Shown: positions 41,699-51,661 of the stretch, in pieces
How positions within the stretch are numbered: the stretch's first letter is position 1
Layout of the letters: each line of letters opens with the position of its first letter
Source of the DNA: Bacillota bacterium
GTDB lineage: Bacteria; Bacillota_I; Bacilli_A; RF39; UBA660
NCBI GenBank assembly: GCA_015059365.1
Contig: SVAO01000003.1
Coordinates: forward strand, 3,682-67,681
Length of the DNA stretch: 64,000 nt
Reading direction: 5' to 3'
Made by a program: the position numbers and the translations under genes
Notes under the pieces: generated by a model
Told to the model about the DNA's origin: nothing
The model's database searches: none
The model's input: the letters and a program-made list of their open reading frames with translations, nothing else

Positions 41699-41726
41699 AT
41701 CATATCAAACGAGTGTTCGATATCAA
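41699..41726 (-). promoter_or_regulatory. orphan promoter with SOS-like box
   Basis: TTGATA-N16-TATGAT (extended TG); CGAAC-ACTC-GTTT in the spacer. Confidence 0.55.
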
Positions 41727-41737
41727 TCTTTGTTTAT

Positions 41738-41768
41738 AAAAAAAGATTAGAAATTTTATCATTTCTAA
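41738..41768 (-). terminator. polC terminator
   Basis: TTAGAAAT-N6-ATTTCTAA plus T-run on the minus strand. Confidence 0.6.
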
Positions 41769-41770
41769 CC

Positions 41771-44700
41771 TTAAAATAAGCTAAGTTGACTAGATTCATC
41801 TAATCCGTCTAAAATACCCATTAAACGCATTTTATCAATTAACGTTCCAGAAACTTTACCACGTTTTTGTAAATCTTCAATACTTAAGAATTCACCTTTT
41901 TGTCTTTCTTCAACTATTTTATTAGCAACAGTATCCCCAAGTCCTTCTATTGAAGCGAATGGTGGATATATTGAAAGTTCATCTCTTACTCCCCAAACTG
42001 TGGCATCACTTTTATCAAGTTCAATTGGTAAAAATTTAATACCTCTTGCAGTTGCCTCAAGACAAACTTTTAAACTTTCAAGTTGGCCAAGTTCTTTATT
42101 AGATGCATCATAACCTTTATTTTGAATTTCAATAATCTTAGCCTTAATTGCATCATAACCTTTAATCATGGTTTCAACATCTACATCCGTTGCTTTAGAA
42201 GTTAGCCAAGAAGCATAAAAGTATACTGGCATATGTACTTTATACCAAGCAATTCTAAATGCACTAGTAACATAAGCAACTGCATGAGCTTTTGGGAACA
42301 TATATTTAATCTTTTCACAAGAATCAATATACCATTTTTCAATTCCTGCTTGTTCCATTGTTTCTTTATGAGAAGCCCAAGCATCAGGTTCCTTACTAGC
42401 TTTTCCTTTACGTACAAATTCCATAATTTTAAAAGCCTTAATTGGTGCTACCCCATGATACATTAAATATACCATGATGTCATCACGACAACCAATAACT
42501 TCCTTAAAAGGAACAATCTTATTCTTTATTAGTTCTTGAGCATTCCCTAGCCAAACATCAGTACCGTGAGAAAGTCCTGAAATTTTTACTAATTCCGCAA
42601 AAGTTGTTGGTTTAGTTTCAGCAACCATTCCAATTGTAAATGGAGTTCCAAATTCAGGAATACCTAAAGTTCCTGTTTCACACATAATTTGTTCATTAGT
42701 AACACCTAATGCTTTTGTTGATGTAAAAATACTCATAGTTTCTTTATCATCAAGAGGAACTTTTAAAATATCCGTTTTGGTTAAATCCTGAATCATACGA
42801 AGCTGAGTTGGATCGGAATGACCTAAAATATCAAGTTTTAATAAATCTTGATCAATCGCATGATAATCAAAATGTGTTGTTCTCCAAGGAGAAGTTGGAT
42901 CATCTGCTGGAAATTGAAATGGTGTAAAATCAGATACATCCATATAATCTGGAACTACAACAATACCCCCAGGATGCTGTCCTGTTGTTCTTTTTACCCC
43001 AGTACATCCCATTGCTAGTCTCTCAACTTCCGCAGTACGCATGGTAATCCCTTTATCTTCACAATATCCTTTGACATAACCAAAGGCTGTTTTATCAGCA
43101 ACAGTACCAATAGTACCTGCACGATAAACATTATCCACACCAAATAATACTTTTGTATATTCATGAGCAGAAGCTTGATTTAAATCTGAAAAGTTAAGGT
43201 CAATATCTGGTACTTTGTCTGCATTAAATCCTAAAAATGTTGCAAATGGCATGTCTTGCCCATCTTTATATAACAATTCTCCACAGTTAGGACAATTCTT
43301 ATCTGGTAAATCAAATCCACTAGAGTAATCAGAACCTAGTGCCTTACCGTCATCATATTCAAAAATACTTGTTTTACATTTTAAACAACGATAATGAGCC
43401 GGGAGTGGATTAACTTCCGTAATTCCCATCATAGTCGCAACGAAACTAGAACCAACTGAACCACGGGAACCTACTAAATATCCGTCATCATTAGAGTGTT
43501 TTACCAAACGCTGTGAAATTAAGTAAATAGGATCGAATCCACCACCAATAATTCCACCAAGTTCTTTTTTTAACTTCTTGTCTAATGATTTTTCAGTCAA
43601 CTCACCATCTTCTTCTGTCCACTTGCCTTTCAAATATTCTTTAAGCATGTCTTTAACTGCATCAAAACCTTTTAAAATAATATCATGTATTCTAGCAAAT
43701 GTCTCTTTATTAAAATCTTCCTCACCTATATCTGGATTAGATAATTTTACATATTCACTACAACATTTATAAACAATATCACCATATAATTCTTTTGCAA
43801 TTCGCTCTTCAATATTTTGTGGTAGTGGATTACCATACCATTCTTCAGCTTTCTCATAAACTAAATCTGTTACAACACGCGGACAATCTAAATAAGAAGA
43901 TCCATCATCACTTTTAACACGTGGTGAAAAAGGTATTCCACCAGTATCAATAATTACTTCCAACTCTTCAACCATATCTAAAATTTTATTAGTATTAGTA
44001 ACGACAATTTCATAAGCTAAATCTGAATCTAAAAAACTAAAATCCTCTAACATTTCTTTTGTAGTTCTAAAGTGTTGTGAAGGGATATTTGTGATTGTAT
44101 TTTTAGCTAAAGGATGCCTACCACCACCTGGAACTTTTTGATTAATAATTATTTCACGATAAATTTTATCACTTCTATCAAAATGATGTACATCTCCAGT
44201 AGCAACAATAATCTTTCCTGCTTCACGAGTTGCCTCTACTACTTTTCTTATATGACTCTGTAATTCTAATTCACTACTAAAATCTGTCGTTTGAATCAAA
44301 TGATTATATACTTCTGGTGGTTGCACTTCAATATAATCATAAAAATTAATTATATTAGTAAGTTCTTGTCCTTCCTTACTTCTAGCTTCTCTAAATACTT
44401 CTGATTCATAACAACCACTACCAATAAGTAACCCTTCTCTTAATTCTTCTAATTTACTTCGTAGAATTCGAGGGGTTTTATATAAATAAACTGTATTAGC
44501 TAGTGAAATAATTTTAAATAAATTCTTAAGTCCAATCTTATTTTTAGCAATTGCGTTAAAATGATAAGTTCGACCAAATTTATGAATTTCATCTTTAGAA
44601 ACTAAACGTTCTAAATCACTTATTTTTTCATAATTTTGTGAATTTAATTTTTGTAACATTTTACTAAATACCAAGGCTGTTCCTTCAGCATCATAATCTG

Positions 44701-46429
44701 CTCTATGGTGAGCATCCTCTTCCCATGGTACATTATATCGTTTTACAAGTGCCGATAATCCGTGGCGAGCAAACCCTTGATCTAATGTTCTCGATAATTC
44801 TAAAGTATCTATTACCGTATTTTTAAATTGACCTAAATTATATTTCTTCATAGCCATTTCAATAAAAGAAATATCAAATTTGGCATTGTGAGCTACCATC
44901 GGAGCGTCCCCTGCCCACTCTAAAAACCTTTTCGTTACATTTTCTTCATCATCTTTATCTTCTACCATCTCATCAGTAATACAAGTAAGTTCTGTAATCT
45001 TTTTAGGAATAGGTCTTCCAGGATTAATTAACTCATCAAATCTATCTATAATATTTCCATTACAAATTTTTACAGCACCAATTTCAATCATTTGATCTCC
45101 ACCTGCCGCATTAAATCCAGTAGTTTCAGTATCAAATACTACAAAAGTTGTACTTTCAAGTTCTAAATCTGTAGGTCTAATAACAATATTTATAGTATCA
45201 TCTACTAAAGTTAATTCTGTTCCATACAATCCTTTAAAATGTTTACTTGGATCTTCTATTTTTTTATTATATGAATTAATAATTCCAAAAGCTATTGGAA
45301 ATGCTTGACACCCATTGTGATCTGTAATAGCAACTCCTCTATATCCCATATCAATTGCACGACTTACAAGTTCACAAGTATGTTTACCTAAATCCAGTTT
45401 AGTAACTGCATCCATCTGACTCATCATAGTATGAGCATGTAATTCAACTCTTTTTACCTCTGAATCGTCTATAACTTTATCAACCTTTTTTTCTAATACA
45501 TTAATATCTCTAGCATTTAAAACTAACTCTTTAGAATAAACATCATTTTTTGTATATCCTCTAATTTTAAACCAATTTCCAACCTTTAAAGCTTTCTTTA
45601 AATTATTATATTCATCTTCTTCTCGGGCAAATATTTTACAATACATACTATCTGTATAATCTGTAATTTTTAAGGTTATTATCTTGAAATTTGATTTTGA
45701 AGATTCAAAATAATCAACACCAAAGACGTGACCTTCAACAGTTATATTATCAACTTCTGAAATAATGTTATTTATATTAGTGATTGGTCCATCTATAAGT
45801 CTTCCAGTAATTACATTAGGATCATCAGACTTTTTATTTTGTCTATTATATAGAGGTTTATCAGATTTTTGTTGTACTACTTCTTTAGGATGGTCTATAG
45901 GAACTTCAACCTTTAAACTTTCCTCTATTTCATTACTAATATCATTATTAATGTTAGTATTAATATTAATAGAAATTTTAAAATTTTTTAAACCAGCTTT
46001 ATCTAAATCCTCTAATAATCTAGCAGTAACACTGCTTAATTTCATTTTTTCAGCTAAATTGCCTACTTCAACTTTAATCTCATTATCACAAACGCTAACT
46101 TCATTATCTTTAAACATTTCTAATAATGGATTTTCTTTAATATATGAATTCATAAAATAACGATAATATTCATTTACATCATCTTGATTAAAATTTGACG
46201 TTTCAAAATTAGCAGATACCTTTTTAATACTTGGAAAAGCCAGAGGAAGTTTAGTTATAAATTCATCATATTCATCTATTTTTAAAGGCTTTTTCAAATT
46301 AATAAAAAACACATAATTATCTTTTTCCTTATTTCCTTTAATTACCTTTAAAATAGCATCATTAAAACTAGAATATTTCTCATTAGAGTATCCAATTTGT
46401 TTTAAAAGTATTCCTAATTTTTCATCCAT
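41771..46429 (-). CDS. polC: DNA polymerase III PolC-type alpha subunit
   Basis: OB fold, PHP (ELHAHT), DEDDh exonuclease (VFDTETTG), VGSRGSVGSS, PDIDLNF and YMFPKAHA; start reassigned to MDEKLG. Confidence 0.97.
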   Translation of the reverse strand: MDEKLGILLKQIGYSNEKYSSFNDAILKVIKGNKEKDNYVFFINLKKPLKIDEYDEFITKLPLAFPSIKKVSANFETSNFNQDDVNEYYRYFMNSYIKENPLLEMFKDNEVSVCDNEIKVEVGNLAEKMKLSSVTARLLEDLDKAGLKNFKISININTNINNDISNEIEESLKVEVPIDHPKEVVQQKSDKPLYNRQNKKSDDPNVITGRLIDGPITNINNIISEVDNITVEGHVFGVDYFESSKSNFKIITLKITDYTDSMYCKIFAREEDEYNNLKKALKVGNWFKIRGYTKNDVYSKELVLNARDINVLEKKVDKVIDDSEVKRVELHAHTMMSQMDAVTKLDLGKHTCELVSRAIDMGYRGVAITDHNGCQAFPIAFGIINSYNKKIEDPSKHFKGLYGTELTLVDDTINIVIRPTDLELESTTFVVFDTETTGFNAAGGDQMIEIGAVKICNGNIIDRFDELINPGRPIPKKITELTCITDEMVEDKDDEENVTKRFLEWAGDAPMVAHNAKFDISFIEMAMKKYNLGQFKNTVIDTLELSRTLDQGFARHGLSALVKRYNVPWEEDAHHRADYDAEGTALVFSKMLQKLNSQNYEKISDLERLVSKDEIHKFGRTYHFNAIAKNKIGLKNLFKIISLANTVYLYKTPRILRSKLEELREGLLIGSGCYESEVFREARSKEGQELTNIINFYDYIEVQPPEVYNHLIQTTDFSSELELQSHIRKVVEATREAGKIIVATGDVHHFDRSDKIYREIIINQKVPGGGRHPLAKNTITNIPSQHFRTTKEMLEDFSFLDSDLAYEIVVTNTNKILDMVEELEVIIDTGGIPFSPRVKSDDGSSYLDCPRVVTDLVYEKAEEWYGNPLPQNIEERIAKELYGDIVYKCCSEYVKLSNPDIGEEDFNKETFARIHDIILKGFDAVKDMLKEYLKGKWTEEDGELTEKSLDKKLKKELGGIIGGGFDPIYLISQRLVKHSNDDGYLVGSRGSVGSSFVATMMGITEVNPLPAHYRCLKCKTSIFEYDDGKALGSDYSSGFDLPDKNCPNCGELLYKDGQDMPFATFLGFNADKVPDIDLNFSDLNQASAHEYTKVLFGVDNVYRAGTIGTVADKTAFGYVKGYCEDKGITMRTAEVERLAMGCTGVKRTTGQHPGGIVVVPDYMDVSDFTPFQFPADDPTSPWRTTHFDYHAIDQDLLKLDILGHSDPTQLRMIQDLTKTDILKVPLDDKETMSIFTSTKALGVTNEQIMCETGTLGIPEFGTPFTIGMVAETKPTTFAELVKISGLSHGTDVWLGNAQELIKNKIVPFKEVIGCRDDIMVYLMYHGVAPIKAFKIMEFVRKGKASKEPDAWASHKETMEQAGIEKWYIDSCEKIKYMFPKAHAVAYVTSAFRIAWYKVHMPVYFYASWLTSKATDVDVETMIKGYDAIKAKIIEIQNKGYDASNKELGQLESLKVCLEATARGIKFLPIELDKSDATVWGVRDELSIYPPFASIEGLGDTVANKIVEERQKGEFLSIEDLQKRGKVSGTLIDKMRLMGILDGLDESSQLSLF

Positions 46430-46508
46430 ACAAAACCACCCTACTGTTCTTAAACTATATACATATTTTAACACAAATAAAAAGTATTTTTAATACTTTT
46501 TATTTATT

Positions 46509-46862
46509 TTATTTATCTTCTTCCAAACTAATAAAACTATTTATTACCATCCAAATTTCTTCATATGTTTTATTGTCTATTTTCTCTTTAAATGAAGCAT
46601 TACGTGCAACAAAATCAATTACTTTTATTTGTTCACACATTACTACACCTTTGGTTTTCATTATATCCTTAAGTTTAATATGTAAAGGAAATTCCCTCAT
46701 ATTACTAGTTATTGGGCACACCAAAGCCATCTTCGTAAATTTGTTAAAAGAATAATTACTTAAAACTAAAGCTAGACGTCTACCTTTTTGTTCATGCCCT
46801 AAAGTAGGATTAAAATCTAGATAAATTATATCTTTTTGTTGTGGTATATAATTATTTACCAT
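46509..46862 (-). CDS. mazF: MazF/PemK family toxin (conserved RP changed to RL)
   Basis: DIIYLDFNPTLGHEQKGRRLALVLSN..VCPITS. Confidence 0.88.
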   Translation of the reverse strand: MVNNYIPQQKDIIYLDFNPTLGHEQKGRRLALVLSNYSFNKFTKMALVCPITSNMREFPLHIKLKDIMKTKGVVMCEQIKVIDFVARNASFKEKIDNKTYEEIWMVINSFISLEEDK

Positions 46863-47083
46863 AATTCATTCCCCTTTACATCATATGGTTCAAATTCTTG
46901 GCATACATAATTGCCATCATATCCATCAACAATCTCTTGAAAAATTTTAACATTAGATTTTTTATAACTATTTGATTGTCTTCTAAGTTTATATCAACAT
47001 TATCATTATCTTTTAAACCTAGATCATTTAAGTAAGATATTGGAATACGAACTCCATGAGAATTGCCCCATTTTTGCTTTCAT
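46856..47083 (-). pseudogene. mazE: MazE/AbrB-type antitoxin, frameshifted near the start
   Basis: QKWGNSHGVRIP..GNELW* lies in a different frame from ATG 47083; the ATG frame stops after 19 aa. Confidence 0.8.
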
Positions 47084-47098
47084 TTTTATCACCAATAT

Positions 47099-47121
47099 AA
47101 GTATATACAATGTATTTACTT
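47099..47121. promoter_or_regulatory. TA operator palindrome overlapping the mazEF promoter
   Basis: AAGTATATACA-A-TGTATTTACTT (1 mismatch) within TTGATA-N17-TATACT. Confidence 0.65.
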
Positions 47122-47142
47122 TTATCAATGTAAAAAGATAGG

Positions 47143-47862
47143 CTATTTATTAAATATAAATACAAACCTATCTTTGTCTTGTAAATCCTTCTCTACTTTA
47201 ATTAATGCATCAGGAAAATATTTTCTAGCAATTTCAACAACATGTTCTCCTTGCCACCATCCTATTTCAAAAGCAATTATATTCTTTTTATTTAAATAGT
47301 TCTTTGCATTACTTAATATTTTTTCATAATTAGCAAAGCCATTATCTTCAGCATATAAAGCAATACTAGGTTCATTTTCCCTTACTATTTTCATAATTTC
47401 TTCGTCTTTACTAATATATGGAGGATTACTTATTATTAAATCATACTTTTCACTCAATGGTTCTAACATATCTCCGTGAAAAAAACTAATTTGAACATCG
47501 TTATCTTTAGCATTTTCTTCCGCAACTTTTAATGCATCTAAAGAAATATCTACAGCACTTACATCAACTTTATCTCCCAATTTTTTCTTTAAAGTTATGG
47601 CAATACATCCACTACCAGTTCCTAAATCAACAACTTTAAATGAATCATTAAAAATAAGATTTGAATATTCGATTGTTTTAGATACTAATTCTTCTGTTTC
47701 AAATCTAGGAATTAAAACGCAAGGATTTACTTTGAAAACATATCCATAAAAATCTACATTTCCGACAATATATTGAACAGGTTCTCCTCTTTCAAGTCGC
47801 TTTAACCCTTGTCGTAATTTTTCTTCTGGTAAATATTTTTTTAAATATTCTATATCGGTCAT
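47143..47862 (-). CDS. prmC: peptide chain release factor N5-glutamine methyltransferase
   Basis: LIPRFETE, DLGTGSGCI and SNPPY. Confidence 0.95.
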   Translation of the reverse strand: MTDIEYLKKYLPEEKLRQGLKRLERGEPVQYIVGNVDFYGYVFKVNPCVLIPRFETEELVSKTIEYSNLIFNDSFKVVDLGTGSGCIAITLKKKLGDKVDVSAVDISLDALKVAEENAKDNDVQISFFHGDMLEPLSEKYDLIISNPPYISKDEEIMKIVRENEPSIALYAEDNGFANYEKILSNAKNYLNKKNIIAFEIGWWQGEHVVEIARKYFPDALIKVEKDLQDKDRFVFIFNK

Positions 47863-47869
47863 ATGGATT

Positions 47870-49189
47870 TTATGATTCTTCCTCGCCCTTATTTTTAAAT
47901 TGTAAAACTATTGGTGTTCCACTAAAATCAAACGCCTCACGTAATTTGTTTTCTAGATATCTTTCATATGAAAAGTGAATTAAACCTTTACTATTAACTT
48001 GAATATCAAAAGTAGGCGGACAATTTGAAACTTGTTTACTAAAATAAATTTTAAGTCTTTTCCCCTTATATGTAGGAGGTAAATTAAGTGAATAAGCATC
48101 AGTTATAACATCATTAAGTGTACTTGTTGGTATTTCTTTTTTACTATTTTCAAAACATCTTAAAATTTCTGGCATAAGTGTATGAATACGCTTTTTAGTT
48201 AACGCCGATAAAAATACTATAGGTGCATATGGAATAAATTGAAAATTATTGCGAATTATTTCTGTAAAATCTCTTATAGCACTATCTTTATTATCAATAG
48301 TATCCCATTTATTAACAACAATAACTACTGGTTTGCCCGCGTCTATTGCATATCCTGCAATATGTTTATCATGTTCAATAATACCTTCTTCAGCATTAAT
48401 AACAAGTAAACATACATCAGAGCGATCTATTGCTTTTAGAGAACGAAGTAAACTATATTTTTCAACATTTTCATATACTTTGCCACGCTTACGCATTCCT
48501 GCTGTGTCAATTACTACATATTCATTTCCATGATAATTAAATGGAGTATCTATAGCATCACGTGTTGTTCCAGCCACATTAGAAACTATTGCTCTCTCTT
48601 CATTTAATATTGCATTTACTAAACTACTTTTCCCTACATTTGGTCTTCCTATTACTGAAAACTTTATAACATCTGATTTATACTCTTCTTCAAACTTAGG
48701 AAAATCTTTTGTTATTTGTGTTAATAATTCATAAATACCTATATTTTGTTCTCCGCTAACTTCAATATAATTATCAAAACCTAATTCATAAAAATCGTAA
48801 ATATTATCTTTTGCTAGACGACTATCTACCTTATTAATCACAACTATTACAGGTTTACCAGACTTTAACAGCATATCTTTTACTACTAAATCATTTGATG
48901 TAAGACCATCTTTCCCGTCAACGACAAATAAAATAATATCTGCTTCATCGATTGCAAGCTCTGCCTGCACTTTTATTTCATCATTAAAAGAATCTTCACC
49001 TAAATCTATACCACCTGTATCAATTAAATGAAATGAATAATCATCAAATTTAACATTACCATATATACGATCCCTAGTAATTCCTGGTGTGTCTTCTATT
49101 ATTGAAATTTTTTTACCAACCAAACGATTGAAGATGGTAGATTTTCCAACATTTGGTCTACCTACTAACGCAACTACTGGCTTCTTCAT
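47870..49189 (-). CDS. der: ribosome biogenesis GTPase Der
   Basis: Two G domains GRPNVGKS, DTGG/DTAG and NKVD/NKWD. Confidence 0.97.
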   Translation of the reverse strand: MKKPVVALVGRPNVGKSTIFNRLVGKKISIIEDTPGITRDRIYGNVKFDDYSFHLIDTGGIDLGEDSFNDEIKVQAELAIDEADIILFVVDGKDGLTSNDLVVKDMLLKSGKPVIVVINKVDSRLAKDNIYDFYELGFDNYIEVSGEQNIGIYELLTQITKDFPKFEEEYKSDVIKFSVIGRPNVGKSSLVNAILNEERAIVSNVAGTTRDAIDTPFNYHGNEYVVIDTAGMRKRGKVYENVEKYSLLRSLKAIDRSDVCLLVINAEEGIIEHDKHIAGYAIDAGKPVVIVVNKWDTIDNKDSAIRDFTEIIRNNFQFIPYAPIVFLSALTKKRIHTLMPEILRCFENSKKEIPTSTLNDVITDAYSLNLPPTYKGKRLKIYFSKQVSNCPPTFDIQVNSKGLIHFSYERYLENKLREAFDFSGTPIVLQFKNKGEEES

Positions 49190-49234
49190 AAAACACCTCT
49201 TTTTCTAAATTATTATAACACATCTTATCTTTTT

Positions 49235-49744
49235 TCATACAAAAATTTGTTTAGTTTTAATATTCTCTGTCCTATTCAATAAATCTAAAGCTTTACTACC
49301 ATAAACTATATCACTATTTTCCACCAAATATCCTAATTGAACCTGAGTTATTGTTTTTTTAGGTATTAAGTAAATATCATTATTTAATTTTCTTAAATAG
49401 CAATACTTTAAAACACCTGGACATACTACACTAGTATTACTCACTTTATACATAAACTTTTGCTTATCATTTATAATAATTTTCATATCTACATGATTTT
49501 GATAATATTCATAAAATTCTAAATCTTCCTTCTTTATTTCTATAATATAACCATATAAATTATCACAAAAAATTTGAATATTATAATAACCTATTATATC
49601 GATACCATAATAATTATTTAAAACCTTAAATAAACTTTTAAAATATTCCTCAAAATCATTTTTTAATTCTAATTTATTATTACCAATATATAATTTATTT
49701 AAAAAAACTATATAATTATCATCATCTAGTTTTTCTATTTTCAT
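49235..49744 (-). CDS. hypothetical protein, possibly a remote MecA-like adaptor
   Basis: N-terminal MKIEKLDDDNYIVFL resembles the MecA start MxIERIxxxTIK; weak. Confidence 0.5.
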   Translation of the reverse strand: MKIEKLDDDNYIVFLNKLYIGNNKLELKNDFEEYFKSLFKVLNNYYGIDIIGYYNIQIFCDNLYGYIIEIKKEDLEFYEYYQNHVDMKIIINDKQKFMYKVSNTSVVCPGVLKYCYLRKLNNDIYLIPKKTITQVQLGYLVENSDIVYGSKALDLLNRTENIKTKQIFV

Positions 49745-49790
49745 AAAATCACCTAAATTATTTTATGAATTAAAATTAAATATGAGATAA

Positions 49791-50372
49791 CTATATAGTT
49801 CTTTCTATCTTATTATATATATCATCTTTACCCATTTTTGTAACATTTGAAAACATTACAAAATCATCTCCAACAACTAAATCTAATTCTTCTAAAATTA
49901 AAGCACGTTGTTTTTGGTGCAAAGTGATTCCTATTTTATCTGTTTTTGTAGCAACTATTGTAACAGGAATCTTATAATGTTTTAAATAATTATACATCAT
50001 GATATCATCGCTTGTTGGTTTGTGACGAAAATCTATTAACATAAATACTTGTTTTAAATTCTTTCTACTAGTTAAATAATCTTCCATCATCAAGCCAAAC
50101 TTTTTTTGTCTTGCTTTATTCAAATTTGCATAACCATACCCAGGTGCATCAACCAAGTAAAATGAATCATTAACTAAATAAAAATTAATCGTTTGGGTCT
50201 TACCTGGAGTCGCAGATGTCCTAGCATAATTTTTTCGATTAATTAATGTATTTATAAAACTGCTTTTTCCCACATTAGAACGCCCTACTAATAAAAATTC
50301 TGCCTTTTCATCAGTTGGATATTGACTTCGTCTAACCGCACTAATAGTTAAATCAACACTGTTAATTTTCAT
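49791..50372 (-). CDS. engB: ribosome biogenesis GTPase YihA/YsxC
   Basis: GRSNVGKSS, SATPGKTQTINFY, DAPGYG and TKTDK. Confidence 0.96.
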   Translation of the reverse strand: MKINSVDLTISAVRRSQYPTDEKAEFLLVGRSNVGKSSFINTLINRKNYARTSATPGKTQTINFYLVNDSFYLVDAPGYGYANLNKARQKKFGLMMEDYLTSRKNLKQVFMLIDFRHKPTSDDIMMYNYLKHYKIPVTIVATKTDKIGITLHQKQRALILEELDLVVGDDFVMFSNVTKMGKDDIYNKIERTI

Positions 50373-50403
50373 ATTATCACCCTATTATTTTCACAACTAA
50401 CTA

Positions 50404-50473
50404 ATTATATCATTTAAATAGTTGGTTGTCAAAAAACAAATAATTTGTTTTTTTTATAATTTTGTGGTATACT
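50404..50473. promoter_or_regulatory. divergent promoters with central palindrome
   Basis: Minus TTGACA-N17-TATAAT (50404-50432); plus TTGTTT-N17-TATACT (50445-50473); 11-bp inverted repeat at 50431-50453. Confidence 0.6.
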
Positions 50474-50515
50474 CTTGATTCGTCTCAAGAAATTAAACAA
50501 ATTTGGAGGATTAAT

Positions 50516-51043
50516 ATGTTTAAAAGAAAAAAAGAACTAAAACAAATACAACAAGAAAAAGAACAATTAGAACAAATAAAGGAACAATTAATATTTATTC
50601 AACAAGAGTTAAATGATAATTCACCAAGAATAGATATAGATAATGTTTATGTTTGGGAAGCAAAAGGAATTTACCATTTTGTAAACTTACATATTCATAA
50701 AATACAAGGAAAAACTTGGAATGGATTAGGTCCTGTACGCACAGGTTATCATTCAATTTTAACAGACATATTTACAGATCGAATTATTCACGAAAAAGAA
50801 TCTTTAGATCTAATATGTGAAAAAGAATTTGTAAAAAGTAAAAACTATAAAAGTAGTAACTATTTTGCTTACTTCTATCCAATATATGAGTTAAACCATA
50901 ATTTATTAGGATATGCCGATAAAAAAGTTCCTTTATATATTCTAAGACAGTTATACTTCGATGTAAATGAAATCAACATGAAATCTAAAGTATTACAAAT
51001 TAGACCAACAGATAAACCCAAAAAATTGACATCAAACAAATAA
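50516..51043 (+). CDS. hypothetical protein with N-terminal coiled coil
   Basis: RBS GGAGG before ATG 50516; plus-strand orphan. Confidence 0.6.
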   Translation: MFKRKKELKQIQQEKEQLEQIKEQLIFIQQELNDNSPRIDIDNVYVWEAKGIYHFVNLHIHKIQGKTWNGLGPVRTGYHSILTDIFTDRIIHEKESLDLICEKEFVKSKNYKSSNYFAYFYPIYELNHNLLGYADKKVPLYILRQLYFDVNEINMKSKVLQIRPTDKPKKLTSNK

Positions 51044-51112
51044 TTCACTAATAAAAAGATTGTTCCCTAATTTTATAAGGCTCAATCTTTTTATTTTGAC
51101 ACATAACCCCAT

Positions 51113-51661
51113 TTATATTAAAACAAAACCACTAACAATTCCGATTAATGCTGATACACATATAACAATTATTGGATGTATCTTTTTAAAAACCAAAAAT
51201 AATGAAAGTAATAAAATAATAAATAACATAACTATTTCCATATTTGTTATTCCACTAGACATAAACACTGTAATAACCATGGAAAGAATCGAACTTGCCA
51301 TTAGTCCTATTACACATGGCTTTAACCCATCCATGCATTTCTTTACAATTTTATTTTCCTTAAACATAATAAAAAATTTGGCCAAAATCAAAATAATGAT
51401 AAAAGATGGTAAAACAACACCAAAAGTTGCACTTATTGAGCCTAAAAGACCCCCCATTTCTGCCCCTATGTATGTAGATATATTTATTGCAAAAGGTCCA
51501 GGGGTACTTTCACTAACAGCAACAAAATCAATAAGCATCTCTTGTGTAATCCACCCTTTGGATATAACAGCATTTTGAATTAATGGAAACATTGCATAAC
51601 CGCCACCAAAAGTAAATAAACCTATTTTGAAAAAAGTTAAAAAAAGTTCTATATAAATCAT
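51113..51661 (-). CDS. short-chain chromate transporter (ChrA family) subunit
   Basis: FFKIGLFTFGGGYA and SESTPGP. Confidence 0.9.
   Translation of the reverse strand: MIYIELFLTFFKIGLFTFGGGYAMFPLIQNAVISKGWITQEMLIDFVAVSESTPGPFAINISTYIGAEMGGLLGSISATFGVVLPSFIIILILAKFFIMFKENKIVKKCMDGLKPCVIGLMASSILSMVITVFMSSGITNMEIVMLFIILLLSLFLVFKKIHPIIVICVSALIGIVSGFVLI

Noticed and set aside
43560-43790. Intein in PolC
   Set aside because: No Cys/Ser at the start, no His-Asn end and no homing-endonuclease motif; treated as an ordinary insertion.
47063-47299. Plus-strand 78-aa ORF as the antitoxin
   Set aside because: It is antisense to prmC; the real MazE-like sequence is on the minus strand, frameshifted.
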